A stretch of DNA of 62,318 bases, counting the filler, from Globobulimina sp. (Eukaryota): the NCBI GenBank assembly GCA_003354225.1. It is 19 parts of 19 records of this genome, joined end to end, with 100 filler letters (N's around TTAATTAATTAA, not from the genome) between each part and the next. Parts side by side here need not be neighbours in the genome. Positions count along the whole stretch, not along the records: positions 59,137 to 62,318 come from PIVH01003480.1; 18 more parts are not named here. One strand, given 5' to 3'. The notes below the pieces were generated by a model. The model saw only the letters and a list, made by a program, of their open reading frames with translations. It had not been told where the DNA came from and did no database searches. This document shows, in pieces, positions 61,654-62,318 of the stretch (position 1 is the stretch's first letter; each line of letters starts with the position of its first letter). A program made the position numbers and the translations under genes.

Positions 61654-62318
61654 ATGAACACTACTTTCCCTCTCGCTGCTGATATGTACACAACAGATGT
61701 AACACAAGAATATTGGCATCCATTGTGGTATATCTGGGCTCTAATCTGGTTGTGTCCAGTGACTCTAATATGTGCGTGTTTGACATATTGTTTGCATGAT
61801 GAATATGTCAAGTATAGATTCAAGAAACACAAAGCCATTTGTACAGGAATTGTACTTGATACATTCTCGCGTGAAAGTGGTGGTGAATATAATACAACTT
61901 CGTATTATATAAAATATAAATTTGAAGATCGACGCAGTGAAATTACTGTCAAATATATGAAACGAGTTTTTGACAAATTTCTATCAGATCCGTCGCGAGT
62001 AGATGGAGTTCCATCTGCTATCTTAGACATATTAACGCAATATGTTGGCCACAATGGGGAGTCATTTGTATTTTGGTATGGACCATTTGAAAAGAAGCAG
62101 GAATCTGTGGGCGAGATCCAGAGATTTAAAAATAATCAACGTATTCAGGTTGAATATAATTTAAAAAATCCACAACATTGTCATGTTTTATCGGATGCAT
62201 CGGAACCGACATTTTGGCCTCGTGTGTTTTGCGGCATTGTATGGCTAATTGTTATACTTTTTAATATTGCAATTGTTATCGGTGTTGTTTTGGGGCTGAT
62301 TGCAACATTCAATGATAT
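61654..62318 (+). CDS. DUF3592-like two-TM protein, runs off the window; missing from ORF track
   Basis: Manual translation: TM - CTGIVLDTFSRESGGEYNTTSYYIKYKF ... IQVEYNLKNP - TM. Confidence 0.6.
   Translation, partial: MNTTFPLAADMYTTDVTQEYWHPLWYIWALIWLCPVTLICACLTYCLHDEYVKYRFKKHKAICTGIVLDTFSRESGGEYNTTSYYIKYKFEDRRSEITVKYMKRVFDKFLSDPSRVDGVPSAILDILTQYVGHNGESFVFWYGPFEKKQESVGEIQRFKNNQRIQVEYNLKNPQHCHVLSDASEPTFWPRVFCGIVWLIVILFNIAIVIGVVLGLIATFND

Noticed and set aside
1-62318. Alternative genetic code, or a giant-virus or prokaryotic origin for the whole window
   Set aside because: Genes end at TAA, TAG and TGA, long ORFs are clean in the standard code, spliceosomal introns are common, and no NCLDV hallmark genes are visible.

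Overview
This window is not one continuous locus. It is 19 unrelated contigs of 3190 down to 3182 bp, sorted by length and joined by 100-nt spacers (N44-TTAATTAATTAA-N44), so gene neighbourhood means something only within a contig. The DNA is AT-rich and eukaryotic, uses the standard code and has many short GT-AG introns (mostly 52-122 nt). The gene repertoire and recurrent motifs look like a foraminiferan/rhizarian protist; this is an inference. Recognisable genes include a sirtuin, GGTase-I beta, an MFS transporter, Mpv17, ENTH, PP2C, a vWA-mucin, a multicopper oxidase, a Cys-less pLGIC, a CFA-synthase-like methyltransferase, a DddP-like M24 protein, pectin acetylesterase, a sulfotransferase, CNNM, PPR and PPR-SMR, a secreted PARP-like protein, GH18, a Ty3/gypsy pol and a SAM-U-box protein. 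There are also two MITE families and one bacterial-looking segment fused to a eukaryotic gene. The most notable signal is an unnamed protein family found on 4 of the 19 contigs. It has a conserved Cys/His domain (C..C / NDYHH..H / C..C..RN / DTIH), followed in the one complete copy by an ADP-ribosyltransferase-like domain with an H-S-E triad. Members carry different targeting modules (FYVE; UBA-like/NZF/PUB; CaaX). A putatively mitochondrion-targeted DddP-like DMSP lyase is the second highlight. All family calls come from motif recognition by eye, with no database searches.
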